Below, piece after piece: positions 1-9,518 of a stretch of DNA of 58,891 nt (the first letter of the stretch is position 1; the number at the start of each line of letters is the position of its first letter). Origin of the DNA: a bacterium (GTDB taxonomy: Bacteria > JACRDZ01 > JAQUKH01); assembly GCA_028719205.1 (NCBI GenBank), contig JAQUKH010000012.1, positions 1 to 58,891 of the forward strand. Direction: 5' to 3'. The notes under the pieces are model-generated. The model had not been told where the DNA came from. It saw only the letters and a program-made list of their open reading frames with translations, and did not search any database. The position numbers were made by a program, and so were the translations under genes.

Positions 1-1
1 G

Positions 2-1006
2 ATATCGCCGGAGCACCCGGTACTGATCGACAAGTTCCTGGAGGACGCCATCGAGGTGGACGTGGACGCCATCTGCGACGGCGCCACGACCGTGATCGGC
101 GGGATAATGGAGCATATCGAGGAGGCTGGGGTTCATTCAGGCGACTCCGCGTGCGTTCTTCCGCCTTTCAGTATAAGCGATGATATCATCGAAGAGATAA
201 GAAAAACAACCCATAAACTGGCTAAACATCTTAAAGTGATCGGGCTTATGAATATCCAGTTCGCGATAAAAGATGATATCCTGTATATCTTAGAGGTTAA
301 TCCGCGCGCCTCAAGAACGATCCCTTTTATCAGCAAATCTATCGGGGTGTCGCTCGCGAAGTTAGCGGCCAGGGTAATGGCCGGGAAAAAATTAAGCGAA
401 CTGGGATTTACCCAGGAAAAAAATATTGATCATATTTGCGTAAAAGAAGCGGTCTTGCCGTTTGTTAAATTTCCTGGAGTTGATATTATCCTTGGGCCTG
501 AAATGAAATCTACCGGAGAGGTTATGGGCATTGACACAAATTTAGGTTTTGCCTACGCCAAGAGCCAGCTTTCAGCGTCGCAGAGCCTGCCTTTGGAGGG
601 TATGGTATTTATCAGCGTGCGGGACAAAGATAAACGTCCGATGATCTTTATCGCGAAAAAGCTTGTGGATCTTGGTTTTAAACTTGTCGCGACAAGAGGT
701 ACAGCCGATTTATTGCAAAAAAGCGGGCTTGAAGTGGAAAAAATATTTAAATATAAAGAAGGTTCGCCTGATATTTATGATTATGTTTGTCAGGGGAAGA
801 TCAACTTAATCATTAATACGCCGCAAGGCAAAAAATCAAAATATGATGATAAGATCATCCGTACAGAGGCCACATTACGCGGGATCCCGTGTATTACAAC
901 CCTCGCGGCGGTTGAGGTTTCTGTTATGGCGATCGAAGCGCTGAAAAAAGGTAAATTAAAGGTTAAATCCTTGCAGGAGTACCATGCACCCCAGTCCAAA
1001 ACTTAA
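2..1006 (+). CDS. carB: Carbamoyl-phosphate synthase large subunit, C-terminal part (5' truncated by window edge)
   Basis: Open frame from nt 2 (ISPEHPVLIDKFLEDAIEVDVD); motifs MEHIEEAGVHSGDS, EVNPRASRT, GPEMKSTGEVMG; C-terminal MGS domain. Confidence 0.97.
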   Translation: MSPEHPVLIDKFLEDAIEVDVDAICDGATTVIGGIMEHIEEAGVHSGDSACVLPPFSISDDIIEEIRKTTHKLAKHLKVIGLMNIQFAIKDDILYILEVNPRASRTIPFISKSIGVSLAKLAARVMAGKKLSELGFTQEKNIDHICVKEAVLPFVKFPGVDIILGPEMKSTGEVMGIDTNLGFAYAKSQLSASQSLPLEGMVFISVRDKDKRPMIFIAKKLVDLGFKLVATRGTADLLQKSGLEVEKIFKYKEGSPDIYDYVCQGKINLIINTPQGKKSKYDDKIIRTEATLRGIPCITTLAAVEVSVMAIEALKKGKLKVKSLQEYHAPQSKT

Positions 1007-1415
1007 CGCGATGTTGATCTGTGACCAGATAATCACTGAGGCAGGTACAGGGAAAAAAAGCCTGATCGGAATTTTTGAAAATATCGGCGTGAAAAAATTC
1101 CCGTGTATCCATTATCTTTTGAATGTCTATGTGAAATTTACGGACGCGGAAGGTTTGTATAAATTTAAATTAGAACTGGTTGACCTTATTACAAATGAGA
1201 TTGTAGGTTTTGGCGAGACACCTGAAATTAATCTTCCGGGTAAACTCCAAAGTTATGACCTTCCTTTTATGCTTCACGGAATAAATTTTAAACATCCGGG
1301 GAAATACGAATTTCGCATTTACGCGAATAATCATTTATTCGGCCAGAAGTTTTTTACGGTTGAACAAATTAATCCACCTGACAAAACAAATGAAGATCAA
1401 TCAACAAAACATTAG
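984..1415 (+). CDS. Hypothetical beta-sandwich protein (DUF6941-like)
   Basis: 143-aa ORF overlapping carB and pyrK; LICDQII..GKKSLIGIF and PGKYEFRI pattern recalled from DUF6941-type proteins. Confidence 0.6.
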   Translation: MHPSPKLNAMLICDQIITEAGTGKKSLIGIFENIGVKKFPCIHYLLNVYVKFTDAEGLYKFKLELVDLITNEIVGFGETPEINLPGKLQSYDLPFMLHGINFKHPGKYEFRIYANNHLFGQKFFTVEQINPPDKTNEDQSTKH

Positions 1416-2190
1416 GATAATTAGAAATATAGCTCTGGTTCCTGATAAAATATTTTTAATGGAACTGGAATCGGCTCATCTTTCGCGCGAAGCAAAACCC
1501 GGGCAATTTATTGAGGTCAGGTGCGTTCAGACACTGGATCCGTTATTGCCCCGTCCGTTCAGTATCCATGACGCGGAAGATAACAAAATAAAAATATTAT
1601 ATCAGGTTGTCGGAGAGGGGACGAAACTGCTTTCCCTGAAGAGGCCCGGCGATGAGATCAGCGTTCTGGGGCCTTTGGGCACCGGTTTTTCCGTTGATAA
1701 AAAAAAGAAGAAAGCTATTCTTTTCGCGGGAGGAATGGGAGCGGCTCCGCTTTATTTTTTAGCGCGCAAACTAATTGAAAAAAATATTGATGTGGAACTA
1801 TATTTTGGTACAAGAAACAAAGAAAATTTAATAACAATTAATCCGTTCAAGAAGCTCGGTATCAAAATCCATATCGCGAGCGAAGATGGTTCCTGCGGCG
1901 AAAAAGGAATGATCACTTGTTTATTAAACAATAAGGTAGGGGCCCCGATAGCATCATCGGGGCAATCAATATTTACCTGTGGCCCGCGACCCATGATGAA
2001 AGAAATAGCCAGATGGGCTTTAAAAAATAATTTAACAGGTCAGGCATCGCTTGAAAAAGAGATGGCATGCGGCGTTGGTGTGTGTCTGGGTTGTGTGGTG
2101 AAGATAAAAGGGGATTATAAGCGGGTTTGTAAAGACGGGCCGGTTTTTGATATTAATGAAGTGGATTGGGAAGAAAATGAAAATAAATAA
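1390..2190 (+). CDS. pyrK: Dihydroorotate dehydrogenase electron transfer subunit
   Basis: PGQF, RPFS, GPLG, AGGMG, CGPRPM and 2Fe-2S motif MACGVGVCLGC...VCKDGPVF; ATG at 1390 chosen. Confidence 0.95.
   Translation: MKINQQNIRIIRNIALVPDKIFLMELESAHLSREAKPGQFIEVRCVQTLDPLLPRPFSIHDAEDNKIKILYQVVGEGTKLLSLKRPGDEISVLGPLGTGFSVDKKKKKAILFAGGMGAAPLYFLARKLIEKNIDVELYFGTRNKENLITINPFKKLGIKIHIASEDGSCGEKGMITCLLNNKVGAPIASSGQSIFTCGPRPMMKEIARWALKNNLTGQASLEKEMACGVGVCLGCVVKIKGDYKRVCKDGPVFDINEVDWEENENK
1936..1963 (+). repeat. GTAG-family REP-like palindrome inside the pyrK reading frame
   Basis: GTAGGG followed by perfect 8-bp inverted repeat GCCCCGAT/ATCGGGGC; same architecture as intergenic REPs in this window. 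Confidence 0.6.
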
Positions 2191-3100
2191 ACCAAATTTA
2201 TCAGTAACTATTGCCGGGGTTAAATTTAAGAATCCTGTCATTGCCGCATCGGGATGTTTTGGGTACGGGCAGGAGTATGCCGAAATATTTGATATAAATA
2301 AACTGGGCGGGTTTGTCGTGAAGGGGATATCTCTTAAACCTCAACAGGGGAATAAAACGCCGAGGATCGTTGAAACTCCGTCCGGGATGTTGAACGCTAT
2401 CGGGCTTCAAAATGTGGGGCTTGAGGTTTTTATTAAAGAAAAATTGCCGTTCTTGAAGAAACTCGATACAAACGTTATTGTAAATATATACGGTAAAAAA
2501 ATTGAGGAATACGCGGAATTGGCGGAAAAAATAAGCGGTGAAAAAGGCATATCTTTTTTAGAGGTGAATATATCGTGTCCTAATGTGGAAAAGGGCGGGA
2601 TGGCCTTCGGCCATGACCCGGAAGTTGTTTATAAACTTGTTAAAGAGGTAAAAAAAAGATCTAAAATTCCGGTTATAGTGAAATTATCGCCCAATACGGA
2701 TAAAATTACAGAAATCGCTAAGTCAGCTGAAGATGCCGGCGCGGACGCGGTATCTTTGATCAACACGATTCTAGGTATGGCGATCGATATTGAAAAAAGA
2801 AAACCGGTACTCGCGAATATCACAGGCGGCCTTTCCGGGCCCGCAATCAAACCGGTAGCGCTTCGTATGGTGTGGCAGGTGGCTCAAACCGTAAAAATAC
2901 CTGTGATCGGGATGGGCGGGATAACGGATTGTTCCGGCGCGCTGGAATTTATTATCGCGGGAGCCGCCGCCGTACAGGTCGGGACAGCTAATTTTATTAA
3001 TCCGCTGGTAACGCTGGAGGTCATAGAAGGAATCGGGTCATACCTCAAAAAGCACAAGCTCCGGAATATTAGTTCGTTAACCATCCAAAAAACCGCTTGA
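2177..3100 (+). CDS. pyrD: Dihydroorotate dehydrogenase family 1B catalytic subunit
   Basis: NPVIAASG, NAIGLQN, EVNISCPN, VKLSPN, GGLSGPAIKP, IGMGGI; adjacent to pyrK. Confidence 0.97.
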   Translation: MKINKPNLSVTIAGVKFKNPVIAASGCFGYGQEYAEIFDINKLGGFVVKGISLKPQQGNKTPRIVETPSGMLNAIGLQNVGLEVFIKEKLPFLKKLDTNVIVNIYGKKIEEYAELAEKISGEKGISFLEVNISCPNVEKGGMAFGHDPEVVYKLVKEVKKRSKIPVIVKLSPNTDKITEIAKSAEDAGADAVSLINTILGMAIDIEKRKPVLANITGGLSGPAIKPVALRMVWQVAQTVKIPVIGMGGITDCSGALEFIIAGAAAVQVGTANFINPLVTLEVIEGIGSYLKKHKLRNISSLTIQKTA

Positions 3101-3159
3101 CATAAATCAAAAAACATGATATATATCTTCTTTGTCCTGTAAGGTGGGCCTAGATTATT

Positions 3160-3528
3160 ATGTATGAAATTTCTATAAAAACAAATTTTTCCGGAGCTCA
3201 TTATCTTAAGGGCTATGAAGGTAAATGCAGCGACCTGCACGGCCATAATTGGATGGTTGAGATCGCTGTTCTCGCGGAAAAAGTTGATAAGCTTGGAATG
3301 GGAATTGATTTTTATATTTTAAAAAAAGAATCTGAGGAGATAATAAACGATTTAGATCATAAGAATCTTAATGATATTCCATATTTTAAAAAAGATAATC
3401 CAAGCTCGGAAAATATTGCCCGCTTTATCTACCAGAACCTTAAAGCTAACCTTGCGAAAAAAAATGTAGAAATCAGTTGGGTTAAGGTTTCAGAGACATT
3501 AAACAATTCAGTAACTTATTGGGAATAA
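3160..3528 (+). CDS. queD: 6-carboxy-5,6,7,8-tetrahydropterin synthase
   Basis: FSGAH..Y.GKC..LHGHN, LDHKNLN, NPSSEN motifs; queE and queC nearby. Confidence 0.93.
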   Translation: MYEISIKTNFSGAHYLKGYEGKCSDLHGHNWMVEIAVLAEKVDKLGMGIDFYILKKESEEIINDLDHKNLNDIPYFKKDNPSSENIARFIYQNLKANLAKKNVEISWVKVSETLNNSVTYWE

Positions 3529-3565
3529 CAATAAAAAATATTTATTGGAAGGAGGTGCAACAATA

Positions 3566-3853
3566 ATGAAAATTACGCCATTGGGAGACAGAATTTTAGT
3601 TAAGAGGCTTGAGGCTGAAGAGAAGACTAAAGGTGGAATTATATTACCTGAGACAGCTAAAGAAAAACCACAGGAAGGTAAAGTTGAGGCTATTGGAACA
3701 GGTAAGATTAATGAGGATGGTAAGGTTATACCTTTAACTTTAAAAAAGGGTGACCGTATCATATTCACATCTTATGCCGGTACAGAAGTGAAAAGCGCGG
3801 GTGAAGATTATCTTCTCATGAGAGAGGAAGACGTTCTGGCAAAAGTTGAATAG
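3566..3853 (+). CDS. groES: Co-chaperonin GroES
   Basis: [32 protein letters not shown] upstream of ATG 3566. Confidence 0.98.
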   Translation: MKITPLGDRILVKRLEAEEKTKGGIILPETAKEKPQEGKVEAIGTGKINEDGKVIPLTLKKGDRIIFTSYAGTEVKSAGEDYLLMREEDVLAKVE

Positions 3854-3891
3854 ATTTTTTCAGGGAAAAATATTGAAAGGAGATGAAGTCA

Positions 3892-5538
3892 ATGTCAAAG
3901 CAAATGGTATATGATGAAGAAGCACGTCGTTATATTTTGAATGGAGTGGCTAAATTATCCAGAGCGGTTAAAGTAACACTCGGCCCAAAGGGCAGAAATG
4001 TGGCTATTGACAAGAAATTTGGCGCGCCGACCATTACAAAAGACGGTGTGACAGTCGCGAAAGAAGTTGATCTTAGTGATCCGTATGAAAATATGGGCGC
4101 CCGGATGGTAAGGGAAGTAGCTTCAAAAACCAGCGATATAGCGGGTGACGGAACTACTACTGCCACAGTTTTAGCTGAATCCATTTACCGCGAAGGCTTA
4201 AAGAATGTTACTGCCGGTGCGAATCCAATGGCTTTGAAACGCGGAATTGAGAAAACGGTTGAAGCGGTAGTAAAGGAATTGAAAAATTTAAGCAAGCCGG
4301 TTAAAGAAAATAAAGAAATAGCCCAGATCGCTACTATATCCGCCAATGGCGACAAGACTATCGGCAGTACGATCGCCGATGCTATGGAAAAAGTCGGAAA
4401 AGACGGAACTATTACGGTAGAAGAGGCAAAAGGTATTGATACTACTCTTGACGTAGTAGAAGGAATGCAGTTTGACCGCGGGTATTTATCCCCTTATTTT
4501 GTTACAGACGCGGAAAGAATGGAAGCAGTTCTTGAAAACGCTTTTATTCTTATCTATGAGAAAAAAATATCCGTAATGAAGGATATGGTGCCTTTATTAG
4601 AGGCCGTCGCGAGAGCTGGAAGGCCTTTGATGATCATTGCTGAAGAGGTTGAGGGTGAGGCGTTAGCTACACTGGTAGTTAATCATTTACGCGGAGTTTT
4701 AAAATGCTGCGCGGTAAAGGCTCCCGGTTATGGCGACAGGCGCAAGGCAATGCTGGATGATATCGCTGTTCTTACCGGCGGGAAATGTATCTCTGAAGAT
4801 ATGGGAATTAAACTGGAAAATATCAAACTTGAAGATCTTGGAAAAGCAAAGAGGATCGTAGTGGAAAAAGAAAATACCACTCTTATCGAAGGTGAAGGTA
4901 CCGGTGCGGATATCAAGGGCAGAATTTCACAGATAAGAAGACAGATCGAAGAAACAACCTCCGACTATGACCGTGAAAAACTGCAGGAAAGGCTTGCGAA
5001 GCTTGCAGGCGGTGTTGCGGTTATTCATGTCGGCGCGGCTACCGAGACCGAGATGAAGGAAAAGAAATCAAGAGTTGAAGACGCGCTTCACGCGACCCGC
5101 GCGGCTGTTGAGGAAGGTATAGTCCCCGGCGGCGGTGTTGCATTAATTCGTTGTCTTCCCGCGTTAGAAAAAATGAAATTGGAAGGTGACGAGAATATCG
5201 GAGTTCAGATAATAAGAAGGACCCTGGAAGAACCGTTACGGCAGTTGGTTCAGAATGCCGGATTGGAAGGTTCCGTTATTGTCCAGAAGATCAAAGATGA
5301 GAAGAAAAATATTGGTTTTGACGTGGAAAACGGCACATATACTGATATGTTAGAGGCAGGAATAATCGATCCTACAAAGGTAACTCGTGTAGCAATTCAA
5401 AACGCGGCAAGTATCGCGGCATTGCTCTTGACTACTGAGGCCTTGATAACTGATATGCCTGAGAAGGAAAAAACAGCAGGAATGCCTGGCGGAATGCCTG
5501 GTGGAATGCCCGGCGGCGGCTACGGTGATATGTATTAA
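3892..5538 (+). CDS. groEL: Chaperonin GroEL
   Basis: [26 protein letters not shown]-terminal GGM repeats; start could be 3883. Confidence 0.99.
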   Translation: MSKQMVYDEEARRYILNGVAKLSRAVKVTLGPKGRNVAIDKKFGAPTITKDGVTVAKEVDLSDPYENMGARMVREVASKTSDIAGDGTTTATVLAESIYREGLKNVTAGANPMALKRGIEKTVEAVVKELKNLSKPVKENKEIAQIATISANGDKTIGSTIADAMEKVGKDGTITVEEAKGIDTTLDVVEGMQFDRGYLSPYFVTDAERMEAVLENAFILIYEKKISVMKDMVPLLEAVARAGRPLMIIAEEVEGEALATLVVNHLRGVLKCCAVKAPGYGDRRKAMLDDIAVLTGGKCISEDMGIKLENIKLEDLGKAKRIVVEKENTTLIEGEGTGADIKGRISQIRRQIEETTSDYDREKLQERLAKLAGGVAVIHVGAATETEMKEKKSRVEDALHATRAAVEEGIVPGGGVALIRCLPALEKMKLEGDENIGVQIIRRTLEEPLRQLVQNAGLEGSVIVQKIKDEKKNIGFDVENGTYTDMLEAGIIDPTKVTRVAIQNAASIAALLLTTEALITDMPEKEKTAGMPGGMPGGMPGGGYGDMY

Positions 5539-5550
5539 TAAATAATTAAT

Positions 5551-5594
5551 AAGAAAGGGATGGAAGTATATTCTGTCCCTTTCTTGTTTTTTTT
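5551..5594 (+). terminator. Rho-independent terminator of groESL
   Basis: AAGAAAGGGA...TCCCTTTCTT stem followed by T-tract. Confidence 0.85.
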
Positions 5595-5647
5595 CCGGAA
5601 CGGATCACTTTGTGAAAAAAACTGATATTTTTTAAAAGGGGCATATT

Positions 5648-5887
5648 ATGAAAACGGTTAATTATAGTGAAGGAAAAAGGTTGTATCCTTTGAATAAAAA
5701 TAGGTATGAATTAGTCGGTTCATTAATTTCACATATAAGAAAAGGTATGAAAGAAGCTCATAAGGTTGATCCTTTGGATACCAGGGCTTTGAATCCGGAT
5801 TATCATGTGATATATGAAGATCCTGTTCAGTTAGCCGTAGATGATTTTATAGCCGGGAAGGTTGAAGGACAGACAAATAAGAATTAA
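5648..5887 (+). CDS. Small protein resembling RNA polymerase omega subunit (divergent)
   Basis: NRYELV near N-terminus and PVQLAVDDFIAGKV at C-terminus match the RpoZ pattern, but the central AKRAR motif is absent. Confidence 0.5.
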   Translation: MKTVNYSEGKRLYPLNKNRYELVGSLISHIRKGMKEAHKVDPLDTRALNPDYHVIYEDPVQLAVDDFIAGKVEGQTNKN

Positions 5888-5897
5888 AATAGATTAG

Positions 5898-6530
5898 ATG
5901 AAAATTACTGAAATATATAAAAGTCTGCAAGGCGAATCGTATTTTAGCGGTTTGTCTTGCGTTTTTATTAGAACGGCAGGCTGTAACCTCAGATGTTCTT
6001 ACTGCGATACAAAATACGCTTATGGCCCCGGTAAAACTCTTTCTGTCCCAAAGATCATATCTGAAATAAAAAAATATAAAATAAAATTAGTGGAAATAAC
6101 GGGCGGTGAACCTTTGTTGCAGGAGGATATCGGCCTTTTAACGGATAGATTATTAAAAGACGGGTATTCTGTTCTCATTGAGACTAATGGAAGTTTAGAT
6201 ATAAGCAGTTTAGCGCGTAAAGTTGTAAAGATCATGGATATTAAATGTCCCGGCAGTAAAATGGATGGTAAAAACCGGTGGGAAAATATTGATCATTTAA
6301 CAAAAAATGATGAAATTAAATTTGTAATAAGCGACGAATTTGATTATGGTTGGGCCAAGCAAAAGATAAAAGAATATTCTCTGGATAAAAAGACTAAAAT
6401 TAGTTTTTCATCGGCATGGGAATCGCTCCCGCCTGTGAAACTCGCTGACTGGATCGTGAAAGATGGATTAAATGTAAGGTTCCAAATTCAGCTTCACAAA
6501 GTTTTGTGGCCGGGGAAAAAGAGAGCATAG
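5898..6530 (+). CDS. queE: 7-carboxy-7-deazaguanine synthase (radical SAM)
   Basis: EIYKSLQGE, CNLRCSYCDT, TGGEPLLQ, ETNGS, QIQLHK. Confidence 0.95.
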   Translation: MKITEIYKSLQGESYFSGLSCVFIRTAGCNLRCSYCDTKYAYGPGKTLSVPKIISEIKKYKIKLVEITGGEPLLQEDIGLLTDRLLKDGYSVLIETNGSLDISSLARKVVKIMDIKCPGSKMDGKNRWENIDHLTKNDEIKFVISDEFDYGWAKQKIKEYSLDKKTKISFSSAWESLPPVKLADWIVKDGLNVRFQIQLHKVLWPGKKRA

Positions 6531-6624
6531 AGCGAAAAAAGTTGCAAAGTCACCCTCCTATGGCCCTCCATAGGCGGGTAAACGGGCAGGCAAGTTCAAA
6601 AAGTTACAAGTTAAGAAGGTAAAG

Positions 6625-7314
6625 ATGATAAGAAAAGCAGAAAAAATAAAAAAAGAATCGGCCATTGTTCTTGTGAGCGGCGGGATGGATAGTGCGGTTA
6701 TCGCGGCTATTGCTATAAAAAAATTTACTCCGATATTTCTGCATTTTAACTACGGGCAGAGAACCGTCAAAAAAGAGTTATGGTCCTTCAATAAATTAAA
6801 AGAGTATTATGGTGTTAAACAAAGCAAAACGGTAGATATCCCATATCTAAAAGAAATTGGTGCTTCAAGCCTTTTAGACACTAAAATGGAAATCCCGCTG
6901 GACAGGGCTCATACTTCAAAAATCCCTTCAACATACGTTCCCTTCAGGAATACTCAATTGTTATCCATCGCCGTATCGTGGGCGGAGAGTTTAGGAGTCC
7001 ATCAGGTCTTTTACGGTGCTAATCAGGTTGATTCGTCAGGTTATCCCGATTGCAGGGAAAATTATCTTAAAGCGTTCAATAAATTAATAAAACTCGGCAC
7101 AAAACCGGAAAGCCGTATAAAAATAACCGCCCCTCTGATAAAAATGAACAAAAATGAAATTGTCCGCATGGGAATAAAACTGGGCGTGCCATTCCAGTAT
7201 ACCTGGTCCTGCTACAAAAACACCGATCGAGCCTGCGGCCATTGTGACAGTTGTAAACTAAGATTAAAAGGTTTCAAATCCGCCGGTATTTCAGATCCTA
7301 TCAAATACGAATAA
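6625..7314 (+). CDS. queC: 7-cyano-7-deazaguanine synthase
   Basis: SGGMDS, YGQR, TYVPFRN, GYPDCR, TWSCY, CGHCDSC. Confidence 0.97.
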   Translation: MIRKAEKIKKESAIVLVSGGMDSAVIAAIAIKKFTPIFLHFNYGQRTVKKELWSFNKLKEYYGVKQSKTVDIPYLKEIGASSLLDTKMEIPLDRAHTSKIPSTYVPFRNTQLLSIAVSWAESLGVHQVFYGANQVDSSGYPDCRENYLKAFNKLIKLGTKPESRIKITAPLIKMNKNEIVRMGIKLGVPFQYTWSCYKNTDRACGHCDSCKLRLKGFKSAGISDPIKYE

Positions 7315-7493
7315 AAATAAATGTAATCCACAGCAGCTTTTTGTCCTTGTCAAAAATTGTCTTGAAATGTATAATATGAACCAAAGATTATAAATATTTT
7401 AATCTTTAGGATACATTGTTTCTGCCAATCATTAGGGAATCTCCAAATAGTGTAATTGTGATATAATATCAGCAAGATAGAAAGGAGGTAATT

Positions 7494-7709
7494 ATGATAA
7501 AAACAAATGAACTTATTGAAGAAGCGATTTTATTACCCGTGGAACTTAGAGCCCAAATTATTGATAAACTTCTACAAAGCTTAAATCCATCACAAAAAGA
7601 AATTGATAAATTATGGGCAAAAGAAGCAGAAAAGAGAGTGGAAGAAATACGAAGTGGGAAAGTAAAAACTATTTCAGGAGAAGAAGTATTTAAAAAAATA
7701 TTAAAATAA
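7494..7709 (+). CDS. Addiction-module antitoxin (TIGR02574-like)
   Basis: LPVELRAQIIDKLLQSL...WAKEAEKRVEEIRSGKV pattern; directly upstream of a RelE/ParE toxin. Confidence 0.85.
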   Translation: MIKTNELIEEAILLPVELRAQIIDKLLQSLNPSQKEIDKLWAKEAEKRVEEIRSGKVKTISGEEVFKKILK

Positions 7710-7711
7710 AT

Positions 7712-8011
7712 ATGAATTATTCTTTTCACCCGGAAGCTGAAAAAGAGCTGCTTGAAGCTATTAATTATTATAATGAATGCCAAGATAAACTTGGTATAGA
7801 ATTTGCCAAAGAAACTTATAAATCAATTCAAAATATCCTTTTATTCCCCAAAGCGTGGGCTCCTCTTTCCTCAAATACCAGAAGATATCTTATAAATCGA
7901 TTTCCGTATGGAGTAATATATCAAATAACTGAAAAAGAAATATACATAATTGCAATAATGCAATTAAGCAGAAAACCAAATTATTGGGAAAATAGAGAAA
8001 AATATAAATAA
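7712..8011 (+). CDS. RelE/ParE family toxin
   Basis: FHPEAEKELLEAINYY...RFPYGVIY...IIAIMQLSRKPNYW. Confidence 0.9.
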   Translation: MNYSFHPEAEKELLEAINYYNECQDKLGIEFAKETYKSIQNILLFPKAWAPLSSNTRRYLINRFPYGVIYQITEKEIYIIAIMQLSRKPNYWENREKYK

Positions 8012-8020
8012 AAAGATGTC

Positions 8021-8040
8021 AATCGGGTAACCGGGGGTTT
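8021..8040 (-). other. Possible relic of a group II intron 3' terminus (domain VI)
   Basis: Reverse complement reads CCCCCGGTTACCCGATT, like class C intron 3' ends; only ~20 nt, no domain V or RT. Confidence 0.35.
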
Positions 8041-8229
8041 TACAAAATTATATTAACACTCCTGGAAAAATGCCTGATCGAAAAATTTTAGACGGTATAG
8101 GCGAGCTTCTTGATGCCAAACAAAAAACATGGCAAAGGCAAAACTCTGGACAGAAACTATATTTTTGCTCAAATTAATGCTTAGTAATGAAAAGTAATTA
8201 TCCCATTTAAAAATCCTATATATTTTATT

Positions 8230-8254
8230 GTAGGGGCGATTCGCGAATCGCCCT
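8230..8254 (+). repeat. GTAG-family REP palindrome
   Basis: GTAG then perfect palindrome GGGCGATTCGCGAATCGCCC followed by Ts. Confidence 0.8.
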
Positions 8255-8304
8255 TTTTGTTTGGATTATTTTGTACGGAAAGGTTGGTATATTAAACGGA
8301 AACT

Positions 8305-8384
8305 GGATAAACAAGACTTAAGCGTCCCGATTTATTGGGATGGGTGAAAGCCAGGTTCTTTCCGCTTCTAGTCCTTGTTTATCC
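8305..8384. other. Nested inverted-repeat structure (possible ncRNA or element end)
   Basis: GGATAAACAAGACT pairs with AGTCCTTGTTTATCC; inner AAGCG/CGCTT, TCCCGATTTATTGGGA and GGTGAAAGCC hairpins. Confidence 0.45.
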
Positions 8385-8410
8385 TCGTAGGGGATAACTT
8401 AATGCTAAAA

Positions 8411-8486
8411 GGCTATTCATAACGGGTCATCGGCTAATTTTTCAAATGGAGGAGGTGCAAGCTGCAATTTACCATTTAAATTCCTT
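8411..8486 (-). pseudogene. Internally deleted yoeB relic
   Basis: Three abutting blocks match the yoeB stop region, 19045-19069 and 19177-19206. Confidence 0.7.
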
Positions 8487-8509
8487 TTATTGAAAATATC
8501 ATTATTATG

Positions 8510-8537
8510 TTGCATTTATGTGCAAAATCTGTATAAT
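8510..8537 (+). promoter_or_regulatory. Sigma70-type promoter with overlapping operator-like palindrome for brnTA
   Basis: TTGCAT-16-TATAAT; TTGCA..TGCAA inverted repeat; ATG 8 nt after the -10 box. Confidence 0.6.
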
Positions 8538-8545
8538 ATCAGCAT

Positions 8546-8818
8546 ATGAATTTTGAATGGGATAAGAATAAAAGTGAAATTAACAAAGATAAACATGGCA
8601 TCGCTTTCAAAACTGCAATGGATATTTGGACAGATGAAAACAGTATAGAGATCCATGCTTCACATCCGATAGAGAATAGACGGATCATTATCGGAAAACT
8701 TCAAAATAAATTATGGACCGCAATATATACAATGCGAAACGATATTGTCCGTATAATTTCAGTAAGACGTGCCAGAAATAAGGAGAAGCAATTATATGAT
8801 AAAGAAAAAACTAGCTAA
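8546..8818 (+). CDS. BrnT family ribonuclease toxin
   Basis: MNFEWDKNKSEINKDKHGIAF...RIISVRRA. Confidence 0.92.
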   Translation: MNFEWDKNKSEINKDKHGIAFKTAMDIWTDENSIEIHASHPIENRRIIIGKLQNKLWTAIYTMRNDIVRIISVRRARNKEKQLYDKEKTS

Positions 8819-9056
8819 AAATACTAAAGAATTTGACATCCGATTTGATTCAGGGGAAGATATACATGATCTAATTGATATGTCAAAAGCAAAAGTTATT
8901 CCTCACGGGAAAAAGGTTCGTATTACCCTCGATGTAGCTGAATCACTTGTTAAAGAAATAGATGATATACGCAGAACAATAGGTGTTGACCGCGGTGCGT
9001 TAATAAAAGTTTGGCTTCAAGAAAGAATAAAACAAGAAAAAATTTGTGGAATATAA
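8796..9056 (+). CDS. BrnA/CopG-like (RHH) antitoxin
   Basis: EFDIRFDSGEDI...VRITLDV...GVDRGALIKVWLQERI; overlaps brnT end. Confidence 0.85.
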   Translation: MIKKKLAKNTKEFDIRFDSGEDIHDLIDMSKAKVIPHGKKVRITLDVAESLVKEIDDIRRTIGVDRGALIKVWLQERIKQEKICGI

Positions 9057-9078
9057 TTAAATAGATAACTGGAATATA

Positions 9079-9172
9079 TTACTTCGCCCGTTCAATATAT
9101 TTTTCTGTTCTTGTATCAATTTTAACCAGTTCTCCTTCATTTATAAGAAGGGAACGCTTACGGTCATGCCTG
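9079..9172 (-). pseudogene. Relic copy of efp 3' end
   Basis: Aligns to efp from 19721; encodes [29 protein letters not shown] with one frameshift and mostly synonymous changes. Confidence 0.9.
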
Positions 9173-9264
9173 AAAATAAGCACCCCTCTGATAAAAATGA
9201 ATAAAGATGAGATTAATCCGCCGGTATTTTAGATCCTATCAAATACGAATAAAAATAATCCACA
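9173..9264 (+). pseudogene. Relic copy of queC 3' end with internal deletion
   Basis: 9173-9214 matches ~7120-7161 (KISTPLIKMNKDEI vs KITAPLIKMNKNEI); 9215-9258 matches 7277-7320. Confidence 0.9.
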
Positions 9265-9276
9265 AAATATTTAATT

Positions 9277-9302
9277 GTAGGGGCAGGTCTTGTGCCTGCC
9301 CT
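9277..9302 (+). repeat. GTAG-family REP palindrome
   Basis: GTAG-GGGCAGG..CCTGCCC. Confidence 0.75.
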
Positions 9303-9518
9303 GAACCATACGATACATAGTCGGCCCGAATTGTTTAATTTAGGATAATATGAATAATGGGATGTTATCCAAGTTGATAAGAGTAATGTTGTTAAATAGT
9401 TATGTTAAATTACTTTTTTATCTTCTTGATTATGATAGAACATTTTGAGATAATATCTAGAAACTATCTAATAATATGTTGAATATACAAATAAATAGTA
9501 AATAAACCGAGGTCAAAT

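Noticed and set aside
3100-3565. preQ1 riboswitch before queD or CIRCE operator before groES
   Set aside because: No recognisable preQ1 hairpin plus A-rich tail and no TTAGCACTC-N9-GAGTGCTAA
5478-5520. GGAATGCCT repeats at the groEL end
   Set aside because: Ordinary GGM tail of GroEL
8040-8190. Short open frame (YINTPGKMPDRKILDG...)
   Set aside because: No start, RBS or recognisable family; at most an unidentifiable gene fragment
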